Source of the DNA: Phoronis australis
Lineage: Eukaryota; Animalia; Phoronida
NCBI GenBank assembly: GCA_002633005.1
Contig: NMRA01000268.1
Span: 68,585-132,584, forward strand
DNA length: 64,000 nucleotides
Direction: 5' to 3'
Shown here: in pieces, positions 40,001-53,287 of the stretch
Position numbering within the stretch: position 1 is the stretch's first letter
How the letters are laid out: every line of letters begins with the position of its first letter
Position numbers and translations under genes: made by a program
Notes under the pieces: generated by a model
Databases searched by the model: none
The model's input: only the letters and a program-made list of their open reading frames with translations
What the model was told of the DNA's origin: nothing

Positions 40001-43000
40001 TGAAAAGAGGAGCGAAAACAAATATGAGTACAACTTTGAATTTTTCAAATCGGCCCAGGATAAGAGATTTTGCAACACAGCAACACTCACGATTACTTTC
40101 ATTCGGCGCGCACTAATACAAAAATATAGGACCCAAGTTATTTAGATTTTGGAACACATGCATTGCAATATTCAAAATACTTTTATTATGAATCTTACAA
40201 GCTGTAAAACGACGTTGTTAATTTCATTGTGTTCATTCATTGTCATCCGTCAAATCGGCAATTTCCGAGATGTGATCTGCGGCGTGCGCGTATGTGTACA
40301 AAACACGTGATTGTTATGTTCCTGAAGTACGAAAATTAAGAAGGCTTTAACATGCCGTTATTATTGACAGGGACACGATAAAACGAATTTGGATTTTGAC
40401 TATAGTCTTGATACAGCGATCTGACTGACCACTGCGTCAGTGTCTCCGTTAGACCCAGAAATTTCACACAGCCCGGGTAGTTCATTTCGTCCCCAACATG
40501 TAGATCGAGCCTTGGACTATTAATACTCCACGGCAGAGCTAACGACAGTCGGCCTGTGCACACAAAATCTGTGAGTTAACCAGCACTCACCTTGCACGTT
40601 ACAGCCGTTTAAGTGAAAAACAATCTAGTAAACGCCATTTTCTTGCATAATCCTCCGCCTTTTGTAACAAAAAAGTCTATCGTCGATGACCCGCACACGC
40701 ACGCTCACTCACTCTCATACACAGACGACCTTCAAAACAAACGTCACGTGACAACAACATGTGTGTTCATCCAGAGATTTTTCTCTTGTTGTGGAGTACG
40801 ATGTAGCGCACATTTGGACTTAATCGCAATTAATCTGGACTCCACATGAACTTTAAAAATTGTAAAACATCAGGAAGATTTCAGGTAATTTGTTGAGTCG
40901 AAACTATATTTTTATTCAAGAGTACAAGTTTTCCTATTGACGATGGCGATTCAGCGGCGACGCATCAGTCGGCAAGTTTTCGCCCTGTGATGAGCACAAT
41001 TTTTTGAAAAATTATCGTAATTTAACAACGGAAGTTCATAGCAATGCACCACAATTTTGTAGAAAGACTGTCATAGGCTAAAAATTCGTCACAAAGCGTA
41101 AATTTTATGAATCCTAGCTTCCGATTTTACCCGTTTGGGAAACCGGCTTTCAACTGCCGTAGGCTACAATAAGAATCCCCTCCCCGTGAAATGATTTTTT
41201 CTAAGCGTTTATTAGAGCCAATACAGTATACAGCTTTCCACCAAGGCTAGGTGATACTACGACATTATTCTTTGTTGCATTAGTAACTGGTCTTGGCTAA
41301 TATTATCATTTTATGGCCTGGTCATCCATTCAGCCAAAAGTAGTTCCAGAGGTGGCTTATCAGCCAATTATTCACGCATGCTGACTCACAATAGAAGCCT
41401 GATAAGAGTGAAGGTGGATAAATGCGGTGTTCCTACAGTTTCTTGTTTTAGTGGATGTGTTCACGACATGGTGGACGTCCTAAGACAATATTTTGCAAAG
41501 CTCCCATTATTGACATTATTAGCTTTTGAAAACTGAAAAAATGGCAATTACTTTTGTGCAAATTAAGTGGAGAATTGACGTATGCCTTTGAATTTGTGTT
41601 AAGAGTACATTGTGATTTACATCAAATAACAATCCATGTTCCCGGCCACTTGATGATAAATCTATATACAAGCTACAAGCTGGAGATCTGTATTACATTT
41701 TGTTGTACAGGGTCCAATTGTAATTGGATTTAGAAATCTGGTTCAGAGATCGAGTTTCAGACATGGACCAGATTTCTAAATCCAATTGAAATTGGACCTT
41801 GTACAACAAAATGTAATACAGAGAGATTGAAGAGTTTTAGCAAACTTCTGAACTCCCGTGTCTTTGTGTATTGGTAGGAAATTCTGCTACAACTTGGGAA
41901 GATGTCTTCATTTCTTGTCAGCTAAGAAGTTCAGAAATGGAATTTTTGGCAAACTAATTTTGTAATTAAATTATGTTCTTTCATCACAGAATCAAATGTT
42001 TTTAAAACCATATTAAACTTAGTAGGGAATTTTCAAAGTCATTTTTTGAGTTTCTGTTGGTACACCTGCAAAAATTCTTCAGCGGTTATGATCTTCACTT
42101 TCTGAGCCTGATTTGGCAGTAAAATGCAAATACATGTATATGAGAAAACTGTAACTTACAAAATGTTCCTGTTCTAGTTTCTTGATTAATGAATCTGTTT
42201 TCTAAAGTAAAGAGACTCAGTGTAACCTAAATAACCGACATGGTCCTAAAACACAACTAAACACCATAAGACCTGTTTATAAGTATAGTGTATACGTTCA
42301 AAGACATGTTGTCAATATGCTAAAACTATTGTATAAATTGAAATTATGTTTCAGTAAAAATCTCTTTCAGCCATTATTCCTCTACCTTGCCCATCAAGCT
42401 GTGCACATTGGAAACTACAAAGGTGTCCCATTGCAAGTACCAGAGGAATACACACGACGCTTTGCACACATCAAAAATAAAAAGCGACGGACATTTGCAG
42501 GTTTTACATTTATGATTTTGTTGATGATTTTACTAAATGACAGCATAATGAAAATTACCTTCTCACTTGATTGCAATAGAGTGTCTGGTGGACAACATTC
42601 AGCATTTCTGAGTGAGGACAGATGTCAGTGGGATTTTCTAATGTTTTGTATATGCCCACGCCTATATACATGTGTGTGGTCGCATGTTATTGTCACTTTC
42701 TCTTAGCATCTGATCATTAGTTTATCCAGGTATCTACTTGATACATCAGAAAACGCTTGTCGGATTTTGAAGAAAATTAGCATTAGGGTGTAGGTCATCA
42801 CCACAACCGCACGTACCTCTTTTCAGTCTGCCCCACCTTGGGATTAAGAGGTCATGGTTCTGTCAGAGTATCTTTGGGGAAGAGCGTTTCCAGATGATAT
42901 CTAGAGAATGGATGGACGCATTTCATTGAAACTTGACACAAAAGTATTTGATATCAGTGCGCTGGCACCACTAAATTTTCAGGCTGGTTTGACTGTTTCA

Positions 43001-46000
43001 GCACCTCCTAGTGGCCATTTTGTTCTCAAGAAGGGGCTCTTCAAGTGTTGTTTTGGGGGAAGAGAATTTCCGTGTTAAATCTAAAAGAACCGATAAGCAG
43101 ATTTCAATGAAACTTTACAGAGAGCTATATCACGTGAATGCGCCGGCACCATTTGATTTTCGGGTGGATTTGACATCTGCAGCACCTCGTACTGGCCATT
43201 TTGTATGAGAATGTTTCAGATGATAAGTAGAAAATCGATTAAAGGATTTCAATGATACATAAGTATGTCATCTCGATGCACTAGCGGCATTTCATTTTCG
43301 TCAGATTTGACCACTGCTGCACGTCATAGAGGCAATATTTGGGGAAGAGTGTTTTCGGATAATACATGTATTTGTATCTAGTAAATCGATTGAAAGATTT
43401 CAATGGAGCTTGACAGGGAGGTGTGTGATGTCAATGCATCGGCTACATTAAATTTTTGGGCAGACTTGGACATTGCTGCACCTCCTAGTGGCCATTTTGT
43501 ACTCAGCAAGGGGGTGTCAAATGTTGCTTGGAGGAAGAGCGTTTCCGACTGATGGAATTTGATGCTTGACACTGAGGTATACAATGTCAATACGCCAGCA
43601 CCATTTGATTTTCATATATGGATTTGACCTCTACAACACCTTAATAGTGTCCATTTTGGGGAAGGCCACTTCTGGAGGATTTCTAGAGAATCGGTTGATG
43701 GCTTTTAATGAAACTTGACAGAAGTATGTGACGTGCGCTGTTAGCATTAAAATTTCGGGCAGATTTGACTATTACAGCACCTCCTATAGTGACCATTTTG
43801 TTCTCAAGGGGTTTTCATGTGTTGTTTGGGGAAAGAGCATTTCTGGACGATATCTAGAGACTATTGACGGATTTTGATGAAATGTGACTCACATGAATTT
43901 GATGACAATGCGCTGACACCATTAAATTTTTGTGCTGATTCGACTACTGCAGCACCTCCTAGTGGCCCTTAGAAACATATCGTTTGCGATGCACTGTGGC
44001 TCCGTGTCAATTCCCTAGCGTTGCTCTTTTTATAAAATAATTATTTGCAATGATCATGCATGCCTGCTGTGAGATATTCACATCATTAACTCAGAATTAT
44101 CCTTGAATCGAAAAAATTGTTTTTGATACTGTCAATGCTGTCCAAAATTTGAAATTGGATTAAGGGTAGTCGCTTCTGTGTTTTCGTAATAGTTATAAAG
44201 AGTTGTACATTGAATGTGTGACGACAATGATAGTCCAGACATTTATGGAAGCTCAACGTGTTGCAAGCTGCTATATTTACTTGATGAGTTAAGTGGTCTC
44301 AATTTTACATTGTGCAACTGAATTTTTTTTGAAGCGTGTGAAGAATTATTGTACCTTTTAGCAAATTGTTGTAAAATGCAGTTGTAGTATTTCTATTGAT
44401 TATTGCTATAGTTTTGTAGATATCTAATTCATTAACACATGTGAGTGATAACTGTACCAACATTTAGTCTTTTTTGTGCATTGTCTTTGTTCATATAGCA
44501 TCTGATTGTCTTCAAAAACTATTTTCTTTTAGGTATGGTTTCTGCTCTTGACGACTCTGTGGGTAATATTACCAAAGCCTTGCATTCAAAAGGATTGCTA
44601 AACAATTCCATCATTGTCTTCACCACAGACAATGGTGGTCCAGCCAATGGGTACGGCAGAAACTGTGCCTGCAACTGGCCACTTAGGTATAGTATGAATT
44701 CGTGGGCACATTACACAATGCTACTGCCTTGCAGTTTACAAGTGTATTGAAAGGTCTTGATGTTGTTTACCATGACTTGGAAACACAAAATGGCTGCAAT
44801 GGAAACAAGTTATAAGAGAAAACATTAAAGCGTGTTTTGCTAACCATAATGTCTACCTCACGATTAACTAGTCCGGCCGACTGCATGCGTGGAATGATAA
44901 TTGTGTGAAAATATTGCATCCTGTTCTCTTAAGTGTTACATCTGTCGATGAATTTTTACACTCGTAATATCATAGCTCTCGAATTTACGATTTGTGTCTT
45001 CACATAAAATTTCTGTCAGTCTCACTACATCATTCCATCAGTTGGAACTCAGATAGCCAGTGCCTTCTCAGACAAGGGATAATTGCTAAAAGGATACTAA
45101 ATCTGGTTTTGGTAGTTTCACCTAAAACTGTTTATATTCTACCTCCTGATGCACCCTCGAGTGACAGAAACATTATAATTCAATATCCTAATTAATTTTT
45201 TTTGCATCGTGGCTTGAGATTGAACTTGATCCATTCCGTTTGTCGAATTAAAACAAAAACACTATGGGCCTGTATAGTTGTATACAATGACAAATTGTCA
45301 TCGATTTGCCCCAGCTTCAAGTTGTTATTTTGTCCGGGTGTCTACAAAATATCTCAAAAACACCTTGTCGGATTGTGATGAGATTTGGCACAAGGATGTA
45401 CGGCATAACCAGAACGGTTCGTGCCACTTTTCAATCTGCCCCCACCCCCTGGGGTCAGGGAAGGCGTGGTTATTTCAGTATTTTTGGGGGAAGGACGTTT
45501 CCAGATAACATCTAGAGAGTGGATTGATGGATTTCAGTGAAACTTTTACACAGAGGTATGCGATAATACGTTGGCACCATTAAATATCTGGGTGGATTTG
45601 ACCACTGCAGCACCTCCTAGTAGCCATTTTGTTGTCAACAAGTCTTTTCATGTGTTGTTTTGAGGGTAAGGGTGTTTCCGGATGATTTTGTGAGTGCCGA
45701 TTGACTGACTTCAATAAAACTTGACACAGAGGTATATCATGGGAATTCGCCAACACCATTTGGTTTTTGGATAAATTCAACTATTGGCCATTTTGTGTGA
45801 CAGCGTTTCTGTGTAATATACATAAAAGCGATTGTAAGACTTCAATGTAAGTTGACACAAAAATTATGTGATGCCACTGCGCTGGCACCATTAAGTTTTC
45901 AGGTGGATTTGTCCACTGGAGCACCTCCTGGTGGCCGTTTTGTTCTTGATAAGGGGATTTTCAAGTGTTGCTTTGGGGGAGGACTATTTCTGGATGATAT

Positions 46001-49000
46001 CTAGAAAACCGATTATGGATTTCATTGAAACTTGACACAGAAAAGGAGCTGGCACCATTTGTTTTTGGGTGCAGATTCAACAATTGCGGTGCCTCCTAGT
46101 GGTCATTTTGTGGGAGAGCATTTCGGATAATATGTAGCAAACTGATAGAAAGATTTCAATGAAAGTTGACACAGAGGTATGTGATGGCAATGTGCCCACA
46201 CCATTTAATTTTGAGGCAGATTCGACTGCTGCATCGCCTCCCGGTGAAAATTTTGCTGTTTTTGGCCAGGGGCTTTTTGAGTGTTGTTTTCGCTAAGAGA
46301 ATTTCTGTATGATTTCTAGGGAACTGAAAGATGGATTTGACATGAAAACTTGACAATGCACCAGCACCATCTGATTTTCATGCTGGTTTGACTACTGCCG
46401 CACCTCCTGGTGGCCCCTAGAAATAAATCATTTGCGAAGCTCCGTGAGCACATGTCAACTCCCCAGCATTGCCCTTGTTATGATTTTGGTTCACTTATAC
46501 AGCACAATTTACTATTTGTAGAGGTGTCAAGCATACACTCTGGGAAGGAGGGATTCGAGGAGTGGCATTTGTCTGGTCACCTCTTATCAGGTAGGTCTTG
46601 TACACTTGTGTTTCAGTTGGCACATATGTTGAGATCCATGTAATACACAGCCCCACCTTCGATAAGGTAGTTTTAGAAAGTATTTCACACGCTACCACGT
46701 CATACAGGTGAATAACGAGCCATCACACAGGTATGTAGGTTAGCCCTGCTTGTTGCGGTCACAACTGATGGATAAGTTGACTGTATTTATTCCCTGCTTG
46801 TTGCGGTCACAACTGATGGATAAGTTGGCTGTATTTATTCCAAACATTTTGTGAAGGAGTACAGCTTCTACCTTTGTTTTTTTAAAAGGCTACTTGTGCA
46901 TGGAACTCATTTATAGCATGATTAATGATTTATTTGCATGTTCTCAGCTATGCTAATACATTGCTTGAACTAAACAACAATCCTATTTGTAGGAGCCATG
47001 GGCTTAGAACACACGGTGGCCGGATATATTAGGTTTATTCACAATCTAAGGAAACGTTGTACTGTGAATCCGACGAGGCCTGTTTCACTGAAACAAATAT
47101 AATTGAATAATAAGTGTCAGGAAATATGTTCACATTACATTACAATAAAGATACACGTTAATACAACATGTACTGAACAGTCTTGTACAATACAAGAAAA
47201 AGCCAGTGAACTCTACGGTAGTATGAGAAAAAATAGTATGAACTTACAACGATATGGGCTCTAGGCTCAATGAAATCATCATTAGCGTTTTAAGCGTTAG
47301 TATAGTGATTCATGAGAAAAAGGCCGGATCGTACCGGAACATTGTTTATAAAGAAACTCTAGCAACCCTACGCAATCAGAAATAAAAATAGTGCGTCAAC
47401 ACTACTTGATTGTCAACTATTCTAAGCAAAGTGCAATATTGTATTCAGTGACACCTTTTATGAAAACAAAAAAATCTGCAAATAGGTGACCTTGGCATTA
47501 ATGACCTACTTTGGGAGCTCACATAACCTGCATCATGTAGTGTTATTCTCAACACCCCATCACGATACTTACTGGACCCGGTTGAGTGGTTTACGGCAGA
47601 TCATTTTCGACACAAAACTAATTCTTAAAAACATTTGGCAATTTTCAACCTACTTCTTGTGTTTCTAACTTATTTGACCAAGCAATCACAGGGACAAGGA
47701 ATTAGCATGCAAGTTCCACTGTAATTTGAACCCCTCTGAGGACTTGGATGCTTAAACAAAAAATGAACTGATACAAGTGCAACACTGAGACCCTGTGTCA
47801 TTCAGTTTACACAAACCATAAAAGAACATTTATTCTGTTCATTGATCAGTGAGAAACGTCAGAAGCAGGCAAGTAAACTTGTGAAATAGGCCTGACCTGC
47901 CCCTCTTTAAATCCTCTTGTGTTGTATAGATTGAGTGACTCCTAGGAGCTCCTGAAGTCATAACTTCTTTGAAGAACGCCAGCTAATGGGGTCATAAACA
48001 ATGTAATACTTGGAATCATACATTCTCTGACAGACGCTAAATTCGACATTTGGTCATGGTAATTGCAACCATGTGACCGTTCATCAAAGAAAATTCTTGG
48101 GTGATTGTTGGTTAATAACCCTCCAATCACTACCTTGACTACACAACATGCAACCGTAAAATTTGGACATTAATTCCTCCATTCTTTACTTGTGACATGT
48201 TGCAGTTTTAACCCTTTGTTGGTAATCATGTGAACATTAGGCTATCTAGCAACACTGTACTGTCCAAATCTCACAGACAGTTGCTATAGTACTCAGTCAT
48301 CTTATCAACCATGGAAAATCCCTTGACAAAGTTCCTGTCACTCTGCTTTATGTGCAGATTTTAGATCCTTGCCAATTCCTTTGGCACCAATTCAATGTTG
48401 CTTCGTCATAGCCATGTTTTTATGCTAAAACCCTTCAGTTAAGAACTCAAAATATGTTTTTTAAGTGACAGCTAAACATGGCAAAATGCAACATTGGCAG
48501 TCAAGCCCCAATCGTTCTCCATGGTTACCGTACTTATAACAAATTAAGTTACTGCATTATCACACGTGGAAACTTTTTCAATTTCTGATGATTATTCAAA
48601 TGAACTGTAGTATGTCTGTAGAATTTGAAAAATTGGTAAAAAAATCTCTTCTATCTCACTATAGTGAATTATCACAGTAGGGGGAAGCAATTTCTGCTTC
48701 AAAATCCATATTTACAGTATTGATTTTTGATTTGTGTGCAATTTCTTTTAGATCTTCTGGTGGTGGTCAGGTTGAGCCGCAGGTGTCCAATCAACTCATG
48801 CATGTCTGTGATTGGCTGCCTACACTGATTCATATAGCTGGGGGCCACCTTGACCAATCAAAACAGCTGGATGGATACAATATGTGGAACTCTCTAAAGA
48901 AGGGAGACATTTCTCCTAGAACTGAAATTCTGCACAATATTGACAGCACTTTTAAAGATATGAATGAGGCAGCAATACGTGTTGGGAATTACAAATTGAT

Positions 49001-49487
49001 TATGGGTTCATCTTGGCCTATGTCGTCGCTACAGTGGGATGGCTGGTATACACCAACGGAGAAGTGCGAATACAACAATGACTCAAGATCTGAAATGTTA
49101 GGTGAATATCAGGCTTTAGTGAAAACTAGTGATAGCAGAGAGAGGATCAACCATGAAAAGGTCTGGAATACAGAAACTTGCAAACTTTTAAACATGAAGA
49201 GAGAGGACTTTTCAAAGCCGGTAGCTGTTTCTTGCAAGTCAAAACCAGTGAATTCAACCAAAGACTGCAACCCAATGAAAAGACCATGTCTGTTCGATGT
49301 TGTGAGTGATCCCTGCGAGATCCACAATCTGGCCAGTGAGCATCCAGATATTGCAAAGCACCTTTTCGAACGTCTTCTTGTTTGGAATGCCACGGCAGTT
49401 CCGATTAAACACAGCAAGGATGATCCTAGAGGAAACCCTGCCAACTTTAATAACACATGGACTCCTTGGATCAAATTGACCGGATAG
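34004..49487 (+). CDS. ARSB: Arylsulfatase B/I/J-like sulfatase, paralog 2 (9 coding exons, 575 aa, signal peptide)
   Basis: Exons 34004-34129 (..[11 protein letters not shown]), 34861-35020 (CTPTR), 35547-35659, 36729-36839 (WHLG), 38907-39035, 42371-42500 ([12 protein letters not shown]), 44533-44686 (TTDNGG..NWPLR), 46522-46590 ([11 protein letters not shown]), 48752-49487. All introns are GT-AG and phases match; total 1728 nt, open. Confidence 0.93.
37125..37200. repeat. Imperfect palindrome; related half copy at about 23872-23900
   Basis: TTTTTGATAAGCCCTCATGCAACAGTGA pairs with TCACTGTTGCACGAGGGGCTATCAAAAA. Confidence 0.6.
37660..38285. repeat. Dispersed repeat family (homologs 19585-19968 same strand; 62888-63126 opposite strand)
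   Basis: Shared GTGACCTCTGACAT..GAAAGTTCAAAA block and a subterminal palindrome ATTATTCCGCG..CGCGGAATAA. Confidence 0.7.
41687..41822. repeat. Long palindrome / MITE (arms of about 58 bp)
   Basis: 41687-41745 is the near-perfect reverse complement of 41764-41822. Confidence 0.85.
42643..44030 (-). mobile_element. Helentron/HINE-like element with satellite array, copy 2 (intron 6 of paralog 2)
   Basis: Both ends and the internal units are reverse-complement homologs of 25975-28349. Confidence 0.7.
45300..46479 (-). mobile_element. Helentron/HINE-like element with satellite array, copy 3 (intron 7 of paralog 2)
   Basis: Same units; 5' end AACAAGGGCAATGC at 46479; 3' boundary approximate. Confidence 0.65.
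46745..46841. repeat. Tandem duplication of about 48 bp
   Basis: CCTGCTTGTTGCGGTCACAACTGATGGATAAGTTG(A/G)CTGTATTTATTC x2. Confidence 0.85.
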
Positions 49488-52400
49488 CTATGGATCAAAT
49501 TGACCAGATAGCTAATTAACTTGAACAAGGCCTGCTGCCTGAGAAATGAGATATTATGAATTGTAAAGTGATGAGCGATCCATGGCAGTGGATGATCGCA
49601 ATTGTTACGATTCAGTGATTCATTGTTTTGGTTTATAGAAATTAATAACAAATCAGAAATATAGGTGGCATTATTTTACTTATTCAAACGATTTTCAATG
49701 CTAAAACAGTTACCCATTAATCACGCACTACACACTTCCGCTTGGTGACTGGCCAATAATCAAATTGGATACAAATTTCTTGAGTTACTGCTCAAAGTTT
49801 TAGAAAAAAATGATATATTTAAACATTGGGTTTTTATTGAAGTGTAATTTAAAGTACTTGGGCGTTTGTAAAATATTCAAGTTGTATAAAAATGTCTTCC
49901 AAGATGTTTAAATTCGATACATTTGCTTTTCGCCCACTGCTGCTACTGATGAACGTAATGTCACGAAACAGAGTTCCCTGAGCCAATCCCTAACATTGGA
50001 CAGAGAGGTGTTCGCCAACACCCAGAGGGTCCGAGACAACAGCTGTTCAGCAGCACTGAAAAAAGTGGGGGAACTAAAGATTCCTCAGCTCCGTGGTGCA
50101 CCGCCTATAGACCATATGTGGAGCAGCACTGAAAAAAGTGAGAGGCTATAGCCCCCCAGCCCCGTATGGTGCGCCGCCCAGGTTCATCTCGTAGCAGTCC
50201 CAATCGGTCATTTAGTTTTCACAAAATATCGATTTTCGTTGCTTGTTGTCGACTGAAAATTGCTGGACTGATTTTAATAGAACTTGACTCACAAGGCTTT
50301 GGACGGGATGCGCCAACACCAATTTATTATCGGCAGACGGATTCGCCGTATTGGCCATTTTAGTTATTGAATAAAAGATTGTCCTCTGTAATTATTTTTA
50401 AAAAGGCTTCTTGATGGATATTGACTTTCCCTTTCTGTTTGCGACTTAATTGGGGCTGCCCTCGCAAAAACTTATTTTCGCGCGAACGGTATTGCCCCTC
50501 ACGGATGCATATCCCCCTCCGAACCACCTTTCGCGTCTCGCTGACAGATTTCTTTTCTCGGACACTGACCAACCCTTCTCCCGCACATTATTCCCTAATC
50601 GCCATGCCATTCCCGCTCGTCGATTGAGTTGTTGGATTATTTTCGGGTTAACCCGGCTATGACAAATTACTGTTTCTTTTTTCAATTGACTATTTGAATA
50701 TCGTGATATAAAATAAATTTGTTTTTCTTTCATACGGTAAATGTCATCTAGCTTAACGAATTCCGTTGCAAAATTACTCATGTTAGCTGCATAACTACAT
50801 GCAAGGACATCCGACATTAAGTTTGAATGCAGTGGGGGTTCAATAGTATTCAAGTTTACTTTATCCTTAACAAATATTGTCAGTGCATGAACAATTAACG
50901 TCTTATTGTTTTTCAGAATTATAACTTAAAGGCAGTGGTTGCGATATGATTCTGTTGAAAACGAATAGGTGTAATCGAAAATTGACAGGATGTGTTTAGT
51001 TTTACACATTATTTTCACAGCTGATTGTTGGTGCGTACAGTTTCGTATATCCAGTCGATGTTTGCATCCGATTACTACGAACTGAGCGAAGGTGCATTCA
51101 GACTGCCAGTGAGTAGTCTCCACATCACATAAACCAGGTGAAAGTTGGGTGTCGAACATCCAGATTTTTCACAAATCCAAAGAGTCTGAAGGGTTCCTGA
51201 ATTTCCTGCTCAATTTCAACTTACCGCTTCAAGAAATCAAAAAAGTGGGTCAAGGGTTCAACAGCTGATAATCTCATTCAGAACAGATTCAAAAATGAAG
51301 TGTAAACCATTCGTAGCCTTCACATGCAGCGCAGAACTAAAATGTCCAGCTCACCGAACAGGTGTCAATTTTGAATGATATTACGGGCTCTAAATTCAGC
51401 CATGGATCAGAAAAACTATTGAGTGCCACGTAAGGGAATAGCGTGCAGCAGCAACCTGTTGGTACACTTTGGGCACTTTAGTGCAGGCCTGCCCCGCCGC
51501 ACGCGGGCAAGGGAATCTAGGTGTCTTGCTCAATACTAATCAACACACCTGAAGAATGCCGCCGTTTACGGTGGCAATTAGCGCATTCCAGTTAACACGT
51601 TATGTTGCTCTTGTATAACTCAAATGGCAGAGCTCCGATATGATCTTGTGACTAGAAAACAGCTCATTGGCGAATCTCCGGGCAACCCAACCAGAATCAC
51701 CCCCATCTTCGTTAAAAACAGACGTTCGTGATAGTCCTAAAATCCGTTGGGCGGCAACAGCACATCTCTTGAACCCGTCGGTTTCGCTCCTCCTGAAAGG
51801 CCTTCACCCAGATTTCAAAGAAACCATTAAGTTCGAGGCCTAGAAGATTTAGTTGACTACATCGAAAAACAATGGCGTGCATATGCTATTGATTTAATAT
51901 TTGAAATGACTTGCCAACTTACATTTAAGAAAACGAGCTTCCACTTAAAAGTCAAGAAACCAAAGTTGGTTCTGGTCTTAACACCTACTCCTTTTGAAAC
52001 CTCCACTAATCGAGAACGATGAAAGCGTCCACCGGTGTCAATTTCGGACAAGAGTGCAAGTTTTTTTTTTTGAAAAATTACGGAAAGGTTCGTCAGCAAG
52101 CTTTGAAACGCTGTGATTTTCTAAGCAAAGTGTAAAAAGAAATCCCGCACACGCTCGATTCAGTTGGCAACTAAAAATGCCGCACAACCGAGTAGATTTT
52201 CAAAAAAACAGAAACTAGCACCTATGCGCATTTGTTTGACTTATGATGTTAGGAGCATTACTCGCATCACCGTGTGCACAAAATGTGACATGCGTGTAAC
52301 TCGTTTGTGTCTCATCTGGCCCAAGGTAGGTCGAACTCGTGACAGCTGTTATCCGCAATGTAATACGCGTTGATTACCGTTTGACTTCATTATTCAATAA

Positions 52401-53145
52401 ACTGTGAACAATATTGTTGCTCCTGTCTCATTAATTTAGATTCCAATCAATCAAAATTCTTCTCTTTGTTCAGGCGGTTTTTCTTTCACGTGCATTCAAC
52501 CTTGGTAACGTTTTTTAAAGGGGTTTGGTTCAGCTTGCCCTTGAACCAAAATTTCCCAGTGAAAACGGTTTGAAGAAATGACCAAGCAGTTTGACAGAGT
52601 TTACTACCAAAGTTCTGGCGGTTGCTAGGCAATTAGAGGACTACGTGAATATACAGTGTACACTTAAAAGTTTTCTTGTACCGTATTTGCGCGTATTAAG
52701 TACCATTCCTCTATATTCGAAATGATACGTCTTTTATTTTTGCAGACGCTTAAGCTTCATGTAAAGAAGCGAGCGACGATGTAAGTACCGGCATGTCTTG
52801 CCTGAGTGTGCATGTCCCGTATTTTTGTCCATCCTTAACGTATTGAGTTCTATATCAACTATACCAGGACCACGGTGTAAGAAGACAAGTTAACATTTTT
52901 GCTGAAAAACTTTATCCACTTAAAAAACAAAACCAAGGAGCAACAGGTTCTGTGTTTCATTTTTGCTTGGCAAGTGTCGTGACATCATAAACGTGCAGTT
53001 GTACTCGTTTTTGCTCAGAGAATGACATCAACGGTGTCGAAACTGATCAAATGGCAGGATTTCCATACTAGCTATGGCAGGGACTACGGCTATCCAGAGA
53101 TCTGCCAGAAAAAGCCCGAACTATAGCAAATGAATACAGCTAATT

Positions 53146-53287
53146 CATGGGCGGCGCACCATAGGGTGCTGGGGGCTATAACCCTTCACTTATTTCATTG
53201 CAGCGCCCCCCATGGTCACATAGGCGGCGCACCCTAGGGGACTGGGGGCTGCAGCCTCCCACTTATTTCAGTCCTGCGCCGCCCATG
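53146..53287. mobile_element. Dimeric GC-rich MITE (13-bp TIR CATGGGCGGCGCA); homologs at 17112-17245 and about 50048-50181
   Basis: Two tandem units of about 70 bp, each with inverted ends; three dispersed copies in the window. Confidence 0.65.

Noticed and set aside
40743-40751. Perfect GTCACGTGAC (CLEAR) motif in intron 5 of paralog 2
   Set aside because: Single site deep in an intron, within sequence that looks repeat-derived; no positional support.
49109-49651. 180-aa antisense ORF over the last exon of paralog 2
   Set aside because: Shadow frame of the real exon with no recognisable motif.
49946-49985. Hammerhead-like CTGATGA..GAAAC
   Set aside because: Stem II does not pair in register and there is no NUH cleavage triplet after stem III.
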